Shown here: positions 1 to 9,897 of the stretch, in pieces
Layout of the letters: the number at the start of each line of letters is the position of its first letter
Numbering within the stretch: the stretch's first letter is position 1
Source of the DNA: a bacterium
GTDB taxonomy: Bacteria > SZUA-182 > DTGQ01
NCBI GenBank assembly: GCA_040752695.1
Contig: JBFMGO010000035.1
Span: 1-46,173 of the forward strand
Length of the DNA stretch: 46,173 nt
Reading direction: 5' to 3'
The notes under the pieces: generated by a model
What the model saw: the letters and a program-made list of their open reading frames with translations, nothing else
The model's database searches: none
Told to the model about the DNA's origin: nothing
Position numbers and translations under genes: made by a program

Positions 1-101
1 CTCGTAATCGCAGATGTCAGGGTCGTCTTCCCATGATCAACATGCCCTATGGTCCCTATATTTACATGCGGTTTCGTCCTCTCATACTTCTCTTTTGCCA
101 T
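1..101 (-). CDS. tuf: Elongation factor Tu, 5' part (runs off the window start)
   Basis: Manual translation from ATG at 101 gives [33 protein letters not shown], with the EF-Tu P-loop [15 protein letters not shown] upstream; follows the Thr-Tyr-Gly-Thr tRNA cluster. Confidence 0.98.
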   Translation of the reverse strand, partial: MAKEKYERTKPHVNIGTIGHVDHGKTTLTSAIT

Positions 102-135
102 GCCTTGGTTCCTCCAATTTCTCCTTTCCTCATAG

Positions 136-208
136 AGCCCACGACCGGACTTGAACCGGTGACCTCTTCCTTACCAAGGAAGTGCTCCGCCGACTGAGCT
201 ACGTGGGC
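136..208 (-). tRNA. tRNA-Thr(GGT)
   Basis: GCCCACG/CGTGGGC acceptor stem, TAGCTCAG D-arm, anticodon loop TT-GGT-AA, GGTTCAAGTCC T-arm; no encoded CCA. Confidence 0.96.
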
Positions 209-227
209 CAAGCAGTAATTTGGAATC

Positions 228-304
228 TGGAGCGGGAAACGGGATTCGAACCCGCGACCCTCAACTTGGAAGGCTGATGCTCTAGCCAACTGAGCTATTC
301 CCGC
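228..304 (-). tRNA. tRNA-Gly(TCC)
   Basis: GCGGGAA/TTCCCGC stem, anticodon loop CT-TCC-AA, GGTTCGAATCC, encoded CCA. Confidence 0.97.
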
Positions 305-321
305 TCTTATTGAAGATACAG

Positions 322-403
322 TGGTGGGGGGAGGATTCGAACCTCCGAAGGCATCGCCGTCAGATTTACAGTCTGATCCCTTTGGCCGCTCGGGAACCCC
401 ACC
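322..403 (-). tRNA. tRNA-Tyr(GTA)
   Basis: GGTGGGG/CCCCACC stem, anticodon loop CT-GTA-AA, long variable arm, GGTTCGAATCC. Confidence 0.96.
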
Positions 404-420
404 ATTTTACTCTCTTATGA

Positions 421-493
421 AGCTGGCGAAGGGACTTGAACCCCCGACTTGCTGATTACAAATCAGCCGCTCTACCGACTGAGCTACGCCAGC
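421..493 (-). tRNA. tRNA-Thr(TGT)
   Basis: GCTGGCG/CGCCAGC stem, anticodon loop TT-TGT-AA, GGTTCAAGTCC. Confidence 0.96.
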
Positions 494-504
494 GATGAAC
501 GAAC

Positions 505-533
505 ATACTATTCGTTATGATTCAATTAGTCAA
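505..533 (-). promoter_or_regulatory. sigma70-type promoter of the tRNA-tuf operon
   Basis: TTGACT-N17-TAGTAT immediately upstream of tRNA-Thr(TGT). Confidence 0.65.
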
Positions 534-604
534 TGTCGGTTTAGGACAATGAAGCGCAATTGGCCGTGGTTTTAATACTACTATAAATGATAATCTTTGT
601 CAAG

Positions 605-1360
605 CTACCATTTTCTCTGTTTTACAACCTCGTACATGAGGATCGCACCTGCCACCGCTACATTCAGTGAAGAAATGTGCCCTCGCATAGGGATAGAGAT
701 AAGAAAATCACATTTTTTCTTTAATATGCTTTTCAATCCCTTTCCCTCACTCCCCAATACAATGGCTAAAGGCAGGGTAAAATCAGCCTCTGCCGAATAA
801 GGCTCGCCTCCGCCGTCCGCTCCAAAAAGCCAGATCCCCATCTTTTTCAGATTCTCACACAACATGGCTAAATTGGATACCTGGACAATCGGCACATATT
901 CAATCGCACCACTCGATGCTTTGGCTACAGCAGGTGTCAGGCCACTGCTTCCATGCTTTGATATAATCATCCCATGGATACCCGCCGCCTCACCCGTACG
1001 AATTAATGATCCCAGGTTTCGTGGGTCCTCGATTCTGTCCAGGATCAGCAAGAACGGCAGCTCATTCCGCTTTTGGGCATTGTCAAGGATATCTTCCACT
1101 TCGAAGGTCCGCTCTTCCCCCGAACTGACACCTGTTACAAAGGCCGCTACTCCCTGATGCAGTGGGGTTTGGCACAAAGTGTCCATCTCTTTGCGCGTCC
1201 GGTACCGAAGATTTATCCCTTTCCGTGCTGCTCTTTTTTTTATTTCTTCCACTTTCTGACCATGGGCAGAGTCTGATACCACAAGTTCCCTTATACTTCG
1301 CCTTTCAGCCACAAGAGCCTCAAGAACGCTGTTTCGCCCATAGATCAGTTCCTCTTTCAT
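605..1360 (-). CDS. rlmB: 23S rRNA G2251 2'-O-methyltransferase (SpoU family)
   Basis: IYGRNSV N-terminus and SPOUT motifs EDPRNLGSLIRT, GSEGKG, SLNVAVA; downstream of cysS. Confidence 0.93.
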   Translation of the reverse strand: MKEELIYGRNSVLEALVAERRSIRELVVSDSAHGQKVEEIKKRAARKGINLRYRTRKEMDTLCQTPLHQGVAAFVTGVSSGEERTFEVEDILDNAQKRNELPFLLILDRIEDPRNLGSLIRTGEAAGIHGMIISKHGSSGLTPAVAKASSGAIEYVPIVQVSNLAMLCENLKKMGIWLFGADGGGEPYSAEADFTLPLAIVLGSEGKGLKSILKKKCDFLISIPMRGHISSLNVAVAGAILMYEVVKQRKW

Positions 1361-1396
1361 ATTCTTCTATTTTTCAATTTCTTCTATTACTTTCGA

Positions 1397-2881
1397 CTAC
1401 TTCCGCTTCCAGATCGGGCCTTCTTTGCGGTCCTCGATGGTGATTCCCTTCTCCTGCAACCGGCTTCGGATCTGGTCAGCCAAAGCCCATTCTTTTTTAG
1501 CGCGGCACGTATCACGGATTTCCAGAATAAGTTCCATCAAATCATTCACTATATTATCATCATCGGCCAAATCGGATTTGGCTTCGGATTTCTGGAAAAG
1601 TCCCAGGATTCCGCCTAATTCCCTGACAAGGTTCACCATTTCCTGCAAGGATTCCCTTTGGGAGGCAGTCAGCAATGGGTGGTCCTTCATAAAGATATTA
1701 ATCTCCCGCACCGCCTCATAGAGCCTGCCAATGGCTTCGGCCGTATTAAAATCATCGTTCATGGCATTTTCAAAGGCAGACCTTACGCAGCCCAGCCTTT
1801 GATACAGGGAGGATTCACCCGGTGACTGCTCAGCCGGTGTATCTTTCTCCCGACTCCTTTCTCCTGACTCCTCCTGACTGCTCACCTTCAGCAGGTGCTC
1901 TGCCGAGCGAAAGGTGTTATAAACGCGCTCAAGCGCCTTGTCTGCATCTTTCAGGCCGGCATCGGTAAAATTAACCGGGCTCCGGTAGTGTGTGGATAGA
2001 AGAAAGAGACGAAGGGCCTCGCTGCTGTACTGGTTAAGGACTTCTTTAATGGTGAAGAAATTCTTCAGGGATTTTGACATCTTTTCCTGGTTGATATTCA
2101 CAAAGCCGTTGTGAAGCCAGTAGCGGACAAAGGGTTTTCCGGTCGCTGCCTCTGACTGGGCGATCTCGTTTTCATGGTGAGGGAAAATTAAATCTTCACC
2201 TCCGCCGTGAATATCAAACGTCTCCCCAAGATGCTTCATGGACATGGCCGAGCATTCAATGTGCCATCCCGGTCGCCCTTTTCCCCAGGGGCTTTCCCAG
2301 GCGGGCTCACCCTCTTTGGCGCTTTTCCAGAGAGCAAAATCGAGCGGATCCTTTTTGCGGGGATCAATTTCAACCCTGCTGCCCGCCCTCATACTCTCGA
2401 TATCCCTGTTGGAGAGTTTGCCATATTCGGTGAACTTTCTGATATCAAAATACACATCGCCATCCACCGGATAAGCATATTCTTTTTGTTCCAGCCGCCG
2501 AATCAATTCGATAATTTCTTTCATGTGTTCGGTGGCTCTCGGTTCTTTGGTAGCCGATCGGATTCCGAGTCGCTCCATATCCTGATTGTATTCTTCGGTA
2601 TATTTTTGAGCTATTTCCTGCGGCTCGCGCCCCTCTTCCCTGGCGCGGTTGATAATTTTATCATCCACATCGGTGATATTCCGGATGTATTTAACGTTTA
2701 ATCCGCGATACTCCAGGTAGCGCCGGATAATATCGAAAATCATGGCACCGCGTGCATGTCCGATGTGGCAATGATCGTACACGGTCACTCCACAGACATA
2801 CATGCCTATCTGCCCTGGAACAATGGGGATAAGCTCTTCTTTTTGGCTGGTCAGTGTATTGTAAATTCGAATTTCGCTCAT
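1397..2881 (-). CDS. cysS: Cysteinyl-tRNA synthetase
   Basis: CGVTVYDHCHIGH, GRPGWHIECS, HGGGEDLIFPHHENE, KMSKS. Confidence 0.98.
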   Translation of the reverse strand: MSEIRIYNTLTSQKEELIPIVPGQIGMYVCGVTVYDHCHIGHARGAMIFDIIRRYLEYRGLNVKYIRNITDVDDKIINRAREEGREPQEIAQKYTEEYNQDMERLGIRSATKEPRATEHMKEIIELIRRLEQKEYAYPVDGDVYFDIRKFTEYGKLSNRDIESMRAGSRVEIDPRKKDPLDFALWKSAKEGEPAWESPWGKGRPGWHIECSAMSMKHLGETFDIHGGGEDLIFPHHENEIAQSEAATGKPFVRYWLHNGFVNINQEKMSKSLKNFFTIKEVLNQYSSEALRLFLLSTHYRSPVNFTDAGLKDADKALERVYNTFRSAEHLLKVSSQEESGERSREKDTPAEQSPGESSLYQRLGCVRSAFENAMNDDFNTAEAIGRLYEAVREINIFMKDHPLLTASQRESLQEMVNLVRELGGILGLFQKSEAKSDLADDDNIVNDLMELILEIRDTCRAKKEWALADQIRSRLQEKGITIEDRKEGPIWKRK

Positions 2882-4329
2882 GATTTTTCCAATGACAGTA
2901 CGTGCGCAATCCGCCGCAAACAGCGGTCACGACCTAAAATGGATAAAATTGAGACCAGTTCAGGTCCCGTGGTCCTCCCGGTGAGAGCGATCCGTATGGG
3001 CATATATAAATTTTTCCCTTTTTGAGCGGATTTTTTCTGCACTCTCTTGATCAATCCGTGGCCGTCGCTCAAATCCTGCTCTGTAGAATCCTCAATCACT
3101 TCCTGCAAGGCCTGAATAACCGCAATTGATTCTGGCATCTCCAGCCAGGACTGGCTGTCGTTCTCAACGGACAGATCCTCTTCAAAATAAATATCCACAT
3201 GCTCGGTAACCTGGCTAAGATACGACATCTTGGTCTGTACAGAGGTCACGATTTCTCTCAACCGGGGCACAGTTTCCGGCGATACACCCAGGTAGCCTTT
3301 CTCCTGAAGGAAAGGAATACACAAGTTGGTGATCCGATCAGGATCAGCTTCTCTGATATAGTGACCATTCATCCAGTTCAGCTTGGTAAGGTCAAAAATG
3401 GCGGCACTGCGCGAAATACGGTCCGTTGTAAAGTTTTGGACCAATTTCTCCCGTGGCAGGATCTCTTCCTCGTCGGGTGAAGACCATCCCAAAAGGGCCA
3501 GATAGTTATTGATCGCTTCAGGCAAATATCCTTTTTCCCGGTAGCTTATCACCGATGTCGCTCCATGCCGCTTACTCAGGCGCGTGCGGTCGGGGCCAAG
3601 AATCATCGGCATATGCCCGAATTTGGGAGGATCGAACCCCAGTGCCTGATAAATCAAGACCTGCCTCGGAGTATTGGAAAGATGATCCTCACCGCGCAAA
3701 ACGTGAGTGATCTCCATCTTTATATCGTCGATGACTACGGCAAAATTATATGCCGCCCTGCCGTCCGAGCGCAGGATAATGAAATCCCCGATCGTCTGAC
3801 CCTCAAACGATACCTCGCCGCGAATCAGGTCATTTACCAGAACAGGATCTCCAAGGGTCCGAAACCGCACCGAGGGCTGTCTTCCCTCTTTTTCGAGCTC
3901 TTTTTTTTGTTCACTGCTCAGGTGCAGACACCGGCCATCATAGCGCGGAGTCTGGCCGAGCGCCAGCATTTTTTGTCTTGATGTCTCCAACTCTTCCGGT
4001 GTACAGTAGCAGTGATAAGCCCTGCCCACCTCCATGAGTTTTTGCGCGTAGCTTTGATAAATCCCCAGCCGGTCGGATTGGCGGTAAGGACCATGAGGCC
4101 CGCCCTTATCAGGTCCCTCGTCCCAGTCCAGTCCCATCCACTGTAGATCCTGGATAATCAACCCTTCGGCCTGGTCAACATGCCGCTCAGTGTCCGTATC
4201 TTCTATCCTGAGGATGAAAGTTCCGCCGTAATGCCGGGCAAACAGCCAGTTAAACAAAGCGGTCCGTGCATTGCCGATGTGCAGGTAGCCGGTTGGACTG
4301 GGCGCGAACCGAACGCGAATTTTTTCCAC
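2878..4329 (-). CDS. gltX: Glutamyl-tRNA synthetase
   Basis: RVRFAPSPTGYLHIG, LRIEDTD, RGEDHL, RLSKR, C-terminal anticodon-binding domain. Confidence 0.97.
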   Translation of the reverse strand: MEKIRVRFAPSPTGYLHIGNARTALFNWLFARHYGGTFILRIEDTDTERHVDQAEGLIIQDLQWMGLDWDEGPDKGGPHGPYRQSDRLGIYQSYAQKLMEVGRAYHCYCTPEELETSRQKMLALGQTPRYDGRCLHLSSEQKKELEKEGRQPSVRFRTLGDPVLVNDLIRGEVSFEGQTIGDFIILRSDGRAAYNFAVVIDDIKMEITHVLRGEDHLSNTPRQVLIYQALGFDPPKFGHMPMILGPDRTRLSKRHGATSVISYREKGYLPEAINNYLALLGWSSPDEEEILPREKLVQNFTTDRISRSAAIFDLTKLNWMNGHYIREADPDRITNLCIPFLQEKGYLGVSPETVPRLREIVTSVQTKMSYLSQVTEHVDIYFEEDLSVENDSQSWLEMPESIAVIQALQEVIEDSTEQDLSDGHGLIKRVQKKSAQKGKNLYMPIRIALTGRTTGPELVSILSILGRDRCLRRIAHVLSLEKS

Positions 4330-4341
4330 TTACGCTTCCCT

Positions 4342-4824
4342 TTATGATTCTTTCTCTAATAAAACCACACTCAAGGCCGCTATTCCATCGTGAATCCCGG
4401 ATCCGAAAAGCGGCACTCCATTGCTCGTTGTGGCCTTGACATTCACCTGTGATTTTTCAACCTTCAATGCCCTGGCCAGGGATTGTTGTATTTCCTCTTT
4501 ATAGGGAGACAGCCTGGGTTGATTGGCAATGATGGCAAAATCACAATTTCCGATCCGGTACTTTTCAGCCCGCACAAGATCCAGGACTGCCTGAAGAAGA
4601 TGCGTGCTGGCAATATCTTTAAACCGCATATCCGTATCGGGAAAATGCTCTCCGATATCACCCTTGCCGATCGCTCCAAGGAGCGCATCACAAAGGGCAT
4701 GGATCATGACATCCGCATCCGAATGCCCTAAGAGCCCAAGATGATACGGAATCTCGACTCCCCCAAGCATTAATTTCCTCTGTGCTGCCAATGGGTGGAT
4801 ATCAAATCCCAGACCAATCCGCAT
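4342..4824 (-). CDS. ispF: 2-C-methyl-D-erythritol 2,4-cyclodiphosphate synthase
   Basis: MRIGLGFDIH, GHSDADV, DIGEHFPD, NVKATT. Confidence 0.96.
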   Translation of the reverse strand: MRIGLGFDIHPLAAQRKLMLGGVEIPYHLGLLGHSDADVMIHALCDALLGAIGKGDIGEHFPDTDMRFKDIASTHLLQAVLDLVRAEKYRIGNCDFAIIANQPRLSPYKEEIQQSLARALKVEKSQVNVKATTSNGVPLFGSGIHDGIAALSVVLLEKES

Positions 4825-5587
4825 TCGCTTTACCTGCCACTTTTTGTCCGCACTCCTCGCCCCGCCCGCCTGTTCCTTTTTCAGTCAGCCACTTTTCAGC
4901 CAGGTCCAGATCTTCGGGATAGGTAATCTTGATGTTCCTGAAAGAACCCGGAATCATCTTTACTGCATGGCCGAGGCGCTCAACCAAAGAGGAATCATCC
5001 GTTCCCTGAAAGCCGTCCCAAAGAGCCGCCTGATGTGCCTTAAAGATAAGATCGAACCGGAAGGACTGAGGCGTCTGGGCCATCCAGAGCCTCGACCGGG
5101 AAACCGTTTCCTCGATCTCACCCGCTTCTTCACGCACCTTTTTCAGGGTATCCCGCACCGGAATTCCCACGATGCAGGCCCCGAACTTTTTGGCCTCAAG
5201 GATGGACTGCCGGAACATATGCCCGTCTGCAAATGGCCGGGCTGCATCATGGATGACTACGATATCGGACGCTTCGGCTTCTCCGTGAGCCACATACTCA
5301 TGAACAGCTAAAAGTCCCTGATAGACTGACTGTTGTCTTTCATCTGCGCCAGTTACCAATTGATAAGGCTTATGGAGACCGCAGGCAGGGATGATTTCCC
5401 GTTCACAGAATTCACGCTCCTCGGGGGATACGATGATCACGATTCTATTAATCTCGGAGCATTCTTCTATCGCTCTCAAGGGGTAGGACACTATCGGCCG
5501 TTGCCCGATATGGCGGTACGGCTTGGGGCATCCTCCTCCTAACCGCCTGCCCAGGCCCGCTGCTGGTACCAGGGCTATTGTATGCAT
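4802..5587 (-). CDS. ispD: 2-C-methyl-D-erythritol 4-phosphate cytidylyltransferase
   Basis: PAAGLGRR, HDAARP, AQTPQ, TDD, NIKITYPEDL. Start placed at the internal ATG 5587 (MHTIALV); the ORF extends to 5632. Confidence 0.94.
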   Translation of the reverse strand: MHTIALVPAAGLGRRLGGGCPKPYRHIGQRPIVSYPLRAIEECSEINRIVIIVSPEEREFCEREIIPACGLHKPYQLVTGADERQQSVYQGLLAVHEYVAHGEAEASDIVVIHDAARPFADGHMFRQSILEAKKFGACIVGIPVRDTLKKVREEAGEIEETVSRSRLWMAQTPQSFRFDLIFKAHQAALWDGFQGTDDSSLVERLGHAVKMIPGSFRNIKITYPEDLDLAEKWLTEKGTGGRGEECGQKVAGKANADWSGI

Positions 5588-5652
5588 TTTTTCGCCCGGC
5601 CCATTCCGATAGGTACTGACTTTTGCCATCACCTGTTTCGCCTTAAAATCTA

Positions 5653-6138
5653 TTAATGCATTTCGTCAAAAATTTGCGTCAGATCCTTCTCTACACTCGA
5701 AACAGGTACGTTGCACACGTAGGAGATTTCATCCACAATCAGTGATTTGACACTATCGAGCATCTTCTTTTCTCCAAAAGAGAGCTCTTTTTTTTGATTC
5801 ATCAAGACTAAATTCCGAAGCACCGTAGCGAGTTGAAAAATCGACCCCGTTTTCAGGCGATCCATGTTATCTTTGTACCGCTTGCTCCACTTGGGCGACA
5901 TTGGATCACCCTTGCCTCGAAGGACATCAACCACCCTGTCCACTTCCTCTGGAGAGATCAATTCTCGAAGGCCCACATCATCTGCATTACTAATAGGAAC
6001 CATAATGACAGTATTATTACTGAGGATCCTTAAGATGTAGTAATGTTGCTCAACTCCGAGGATAATTTTAGCCTCGATGGCTAAAACCTCACCAACCCCT
6101 TGAAGTGGATAAACAACTTTATCTCCCACCTCAAACAT
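5653..6138 (-). CDS. carD: CarD/CdnL family RNA polymerase-binding transcription factor
   Basis: MFEVGDKVVYPLQGVG (CarD/TRCF domain), conserved W in KWSKRYK. GGAGG SD before ATG 6138; carD-ispD-ispF synteny. Confidence 0.92.
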   Translation of the reverse strand: MFEVGDKVVYPLQGVGEVLAIEAKIILGVEQHYYILRILSNNTVIMVPISNADDVGLRELISPEEVDRVVDVLRGKGDPMSPKWSKRYKDNMDRLKTGSIFQLATVLRNLVLMNQKKELSFGEKKMLDSVKSLIVDEISYVCNVPVSSVEKDLTQIFDEMH

Positions 6139-6164
6139 GTTCGATCCTCCAAGAAATAGAGCAT

Positions 6165-6193
6165 AATATAGCATACTTTAGGGATCACGTCAA
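6165..6193 (-). promoter_or_regulatory. sigma70-type promoter of carD
   Basis: TTGACG-N17-TATATT with extended -10 TGn. Confidence 0.65.
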
Positions 6194-6243
6194 ATTTTCT
6201 TGCTCTTTTCTCACCGATTTTCTCTTTTAAAACGATCTCTTTT

Positions 6244-7599
6244 TCAGGAAAATAAAAAGTCTATGGCATCCTGGACGCGGCTTACACCATGGCACTTGTT
6301 TTGCAACGTGGAGTCCAGCACCTTTCTGTTACTCACCGGGAGAACACACGTATCGAAGCCCAATTTCAGGGCCTCACGAACCCGTAACTCTGGCTGGCTC
6401 ACTCCCCGGATCTCTCCTGAAAGCCCGACCTCTCCGATGACAACCGTATTCTTATTGATCACCTTTTCCCAGAGACTGGAGGTCAGAGCCATGGTAATAC
6501 CAAGGTCGATAGCTGGCTCGTTCAGCTTAAGGCCGCCCACCACGTTGACGTAGACATCCTGATCCTGAAAGCGAAGCCCGATCCGCTTCTCCAGAACGGC
6601 CAAAAGCAGGGAAACCCGCTGGGTATCCACGCCGATCGCAGTCCTGCGGGCAAATCCGATACTTCCGGGTGTAACCAAGGCCTGCAACTCGGAAAGAAGA
6701 GGCCGTGTTCCCTCCATGCTCGAGACCACCACTGACCCCGACACTCCCAGTGTCTGTTCGGTCAAAAAGAGCGCGGAAGGGTTTGGCACCTCGTTAAGCC
6801 CCGCTCCCTTGATCTCGAAAACGCCGATCTCGTTAGTGGGACCGAAACGGTTTTTTATCGTCCGTAAGATACGGTACGTATGGTACCTTTCTCCCTCGAG
6901 ATACAGAACCGTATCCACGATATGCTCAAGCACCCGTGGACCGGCTATCGAGCCATCTTTGGTAACGTGGCCGACAAGGAAGGTTGAAACATTCTGACTC
7001 TTGGCCTTGACCATAATCCTCGAAGCAACTTCGCGGATTTGCCCCACGCTTCCCGGCACTCCCTGCATGAGTGAGGTGTACGTGGTCTGAATGGAATCAA
7101 GGATAACAACCTGCGGCCTGATCTGCTGAATATGGTGCTCGATGTTCTCAAGTTGGGACTCGGAAACAAGAAAAATGTGCTCTGAATTCGAGCCGATGCG
7201 AATTCCCCGATCCTTGATCTGGTGAATAGATTCTTCACCCGATATGTATAAAATACCCTGCCTGGCCGCGGCCAGTTTCTGGCAGATCTGAAGAAGCAGG
7301 GTGGATTTTCCGATGCCGGGATCTCCACAGATTAAAACGACTGATCCGGGAACAATGCCCCCACCAAGGACACGGTCAAACTCATCAATACCGACCCGAA
7401 TCCTCGGAGTCGCGGCTGCTTCGATCTGACTTAAGGGAACAGGCGCTGCGGTTGCTTCCAGTGATCGTCCGGAAGATTTCCCTGACTCTGTTTCTCTGAC
7501 CTCAACCAGAGAATTCCACTCCTGGCACTCAGGACATTTTCCCATCCACTTGGCCGAATAAAAACCGCATGATTCACAATAAAAAGCTGTCCTTGTCAT
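6244..7599 (-). CDS. radA: DNA repair protein RadA/Sms
   Basis: C4 zinc finger CESCG...CPEC, Walker A GDPGIGKST, KNRFG motif, Lon-like C-terminus. Confidence 0.97.
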   Translation of the reverse strand: MTRTAFYCESCGFYSAKWMGKCPECQEWNSLVEVRETESGKSSGRSLEATAAPVPLSQIEAAATPRIRVGIDEFDRVLGGGIVPGSVVLICGDPGIGKSTLLLQICQKLAAARQGILYISGEESIHQIKDRGIRIGSNSEHIFLVSESQLENIEHHIQQIRPQVVILDSIQTTYTSLMQGVPGSVGQIREVASRIMVKAKSQNVSTFLVGHVTKDGSIAGPRVLEHIVDTVLYLEGERYHTYRILRTIKNRFGPTNEIGVFEIKGAGLNEVPNPSALFLTEQTLGVSGSVVVSSMEGTRPLLSELQALVTPGSIGFARRTAIGVDTQRVSLLLAVLEKRIGLRFQDQDVYVNVVGGLKLNEPAIDLGITMALTSSLWEKVINKNTVVIGEVGLSGEIRGVSQPELRVREALKLGFDTCVLPVSNRKVLDSTLQNKCHGVSRVQDAIDFLFS

Positions 7600-7616
7600 G
7601 CTCTTTTTATCACCAA

Positions 7617-9134
7617 TTACAATCCCGGAATCGGGATCTTCCCCAGAAGATACTTTAAGTCCTCATCTTCGAAGAAGAATCCGGCACCAAGATAATAGCT
7701 CAGGCGATCGTCGTCGATCAGATGATCCACGCCCGTATTGACAGAAAAATATTTTCCAAAATAGTAATCTGCGCCAAGTTTAAGGTGGGGCTTTTCAGCC
7801 GTAAAGTCCCAGGCATCGGCGTGCAGTTGAAGGCCATTGTTCATCAAGAGGTAATCCATCCCTATTCCTCCCGATGATTCGATCAGGCCTCCCCGCAAAA
7901 CCACATCCTGAAAACGTTTGGCAATTTGTACGCTGAATTTGAACCGATCCTCGGTGATTTCCTCCCGGTTGGTAACAGGGCCGTTGCTGTCAATATAGGT
8001 CACGGTTTCTTTGGAGGTGGTGATGCCTCGATAATCGTCGATAAGCTCCACCTGGTAGTATTTATCGTTGCTTGGTTGCAGCCTCAAGGATACATAGCTT
8101 TTGGACTTTTCGAAGCGGGTGGCATACTCGCTCCTGTACCCCAGGTAGAGACGAAAATCTTCGGCCTTGGCCAGTGTGGTCTTAAAGCCTGCCAGTGTTT
8201 CTTTCGCATCACGGTACAGCGCATCATCCTTGACCAGCTTGCCCACGGTTCCCTCTCCCTTGTTGACCGTGGTGAGAATAGCGTTGAGATTATCCGTGGC
8301 GCTCTGGAGCTTCAAAACAAGCTGATTGGCATTCGTCAATCCCTGATGCAGGCTCTCACGGTTCTCGGCTATCACTTCATTAAGGCTTTGAGCTACCGAC
8401 TGAAAGTTGCTGGCCAGGGTTGGACTTTCCTGTCGCAGAACGTGAGCGAACCCTTGCAGGTCCTGAATGATCTGCGAAATCCGGGCCTCGTTTTTGGTTA
8501 ACATCCGGTTGAGGTTACTGGAGACCTGCTGGAAGTTATCTACTGCAGTATGAATCTTTGAAGCGTTTTGCTCAAGAATGTCTTTGAATTGAGCCGTTAT
8601 CAGGCGCACGTTTTCCAGGGTTTCTTTCAGAGCCAGTTTTCCCTCGGGCGAAGCTATCGTCTCGTTGATGGCTTCTGTTATTTTTTTCAAGTCACCGGCC
8701 AGGTCCGATAACTGCCGGGCCAATTGGTCGAGGTCTTGATTCTCGTCCCCTGCCCTGATGGATGCTTCATTCTCCACATAGGGCAAGTTCAATGTCCCTG
8801 GAGAAAGTTCAACATACTTTTCTCCCATAAACCCCTGTGATTTGATGCTGGCCACAGCATCCTTACGGATCTTGACTTCAGGGAAAATCAGAATCGTCAG
8901 CCGGGGTACGCCATCGATCAGGGCAATATCCTCCACCCTCCCCGCTTCAACACCGGCTACCCGTACCTGGGCCCCTTTATCCAGTCCTCTGACATTGGTA
9001 AACCTCGTATACAGCACTGTCCCCTTCTTTCTACCCCAAGAGAGGTTCCCTGCTTTAACGGTCAGATAAGCCAGTGAAACAAGAGCAAAAATCACCAAAA
9101 GCCCAACTTTTTCTTCCTTATCGAAAAACTTCAT
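7617..9134 (-). CDS. mlaD: MCE/MlaD family protein, long form (TM, MCE, helical region, beta-rich C-terminus)
   Basis: N-terminal TM helix, MCE motifs GLDKGAQVRVAGVEAGRV and GFMGEKYVELSPG, heptad-rich middle, GEGTVGKLVKD, alternating-residue C-terminus. Confidence 0.88.
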   Translation of the reverse strand: MKFFDKEEKVGLLVIFALVSLAYLTVKAGNLSWGRKKGTVLYTRFTNVRGLDKGAQVRVAGVEAGRVEDIALIDGVPRLTILIFPEVKIRKDAVASIKSQGFMGEKYVELSPGTLNLPYVENEASIRAGDENQDLDQLARQLSDLAGDLKKITEAINETIASPEGKLALKETLENVRLITAQFKDILEQNASKIHTAVDNFQQVSSNLNRMLTKNEARISQIIQDLQGFAHVLRQESPTLASNFQSVAQSLNEVIAENRESLHQGLTNANQLVLKLQSATDNLNAILTTVNKGEGTVGKLVKDDALYRDAKETLAGFKTTLAKAEDFRLYLGYRSEYATRFEKSKSYVSLRLQPSNDKYYQVELIDDYRGITTSKETVTYIDSNGPVTNREEITEDRFKFSVQIAKRFQDVVLRGGLIESSGGIGMDYLLMNNGLQLHADAWDFTAEKPHLKLGADYYFGKYFSVNTGVDHLIDDDRLSYYLGAGFFFEDEDLKYLLGKIPIPGL

Positions 9135-9137
9135 CTC

Positions 9138-9893
9138 TTATACACACGCTCCTTCTGTGATCGGACCCTTGGCACTTCCCGTAATAAATTGACGAACTAT
9201 CGGATTCTTCGTATTCTGAATCTCTTCGGGCGTACCCGTTTCTATGATCCGCCCCTCGTAAAGCATGCCAATGCGATCCGCAATTTTGTAAGCGCTGATC
9301 ATGTCGTGAGTTATGGCGAGCGAAGTAACATGGTAGGCCTCTTTCATCCGGATGATCAAGTCATTGATAACATCGGACATAATCGGGTCAAGACCCGTAG
9401 TCGGCTCATCGTAGAGCAAAATTTCGGGCTCCATGGCAATGGCCCTGGCAAGCCCCACTCTCTTTTTCATACCACCGCTCAACTCATCCGGCCTCAGAGC
9501 GTCAATTCCCGGAAGACCTACCATGTGGAGCTTCTCCTGCACCTTTTCCTGAATCTCGTCCTTCGATAAAGAGGTATGCTCCTTTAAACCAAATCCCACG
9601 TTCTGGCCTACAGTCATGGAATCGAAAAGAGCCGCTCCCTGAAACAGCATGCCGAACTTTTTGCGTACCTCGTTGAGCTCCTGCCGCGAACATGAGGCCA
9701 GATCTTTCCCATCTATAATGACCTGGCCCCGATCAGGCCAGATCAGCCCCATGATATGCTTCATCAACACACTTTTCCCGCACCCGCTTCCGCCGATCAC
9801 TACCATCGATTCTCCCCGATGGATGGTGAGATTGACCCCGGTCAGGACCTTTTTATTGCGAAACGACTTATGAATATCGATAAGCTGGATCAT
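9138..9893 (-). CDS. mlaF: MlaF-type ABC transporter ATPase
   Basis: GGSGCGKS, FQGAALFDSM, LSGGMKKRVGLARA, YDEPTTGLDP. Confidence 0.93.
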   Translation of the reverse strand: MIQLIDIHKSFRNKKVLTGVNLTIHRGESMVVIGGSGCGKSVLMKHIMGLIWPDRGQVIIDGKDLASCSRQELNEVRKKFGMLFQGAALFDSMTVGQNVGFGLKEHTSLSKDEIQEKVQEKLHMVGLPGIDALRPDELSGGMKKRVGLARAIAMEPEILLYDEPTTGLDPIMSDVINDLIIRMKEAYHVTSLAITHDMISAYKIADRIGMLYEGRIIETGTPEEIQNTKNPIVRQFITGSAKGPITEGACV

Positions 9894-9897
9894 TCTC

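Noticed and set aside
62..289. 75-aa minus-strand ORF
   Set aside because: Overlaps two tRNA genes and the tuf start in another frame.
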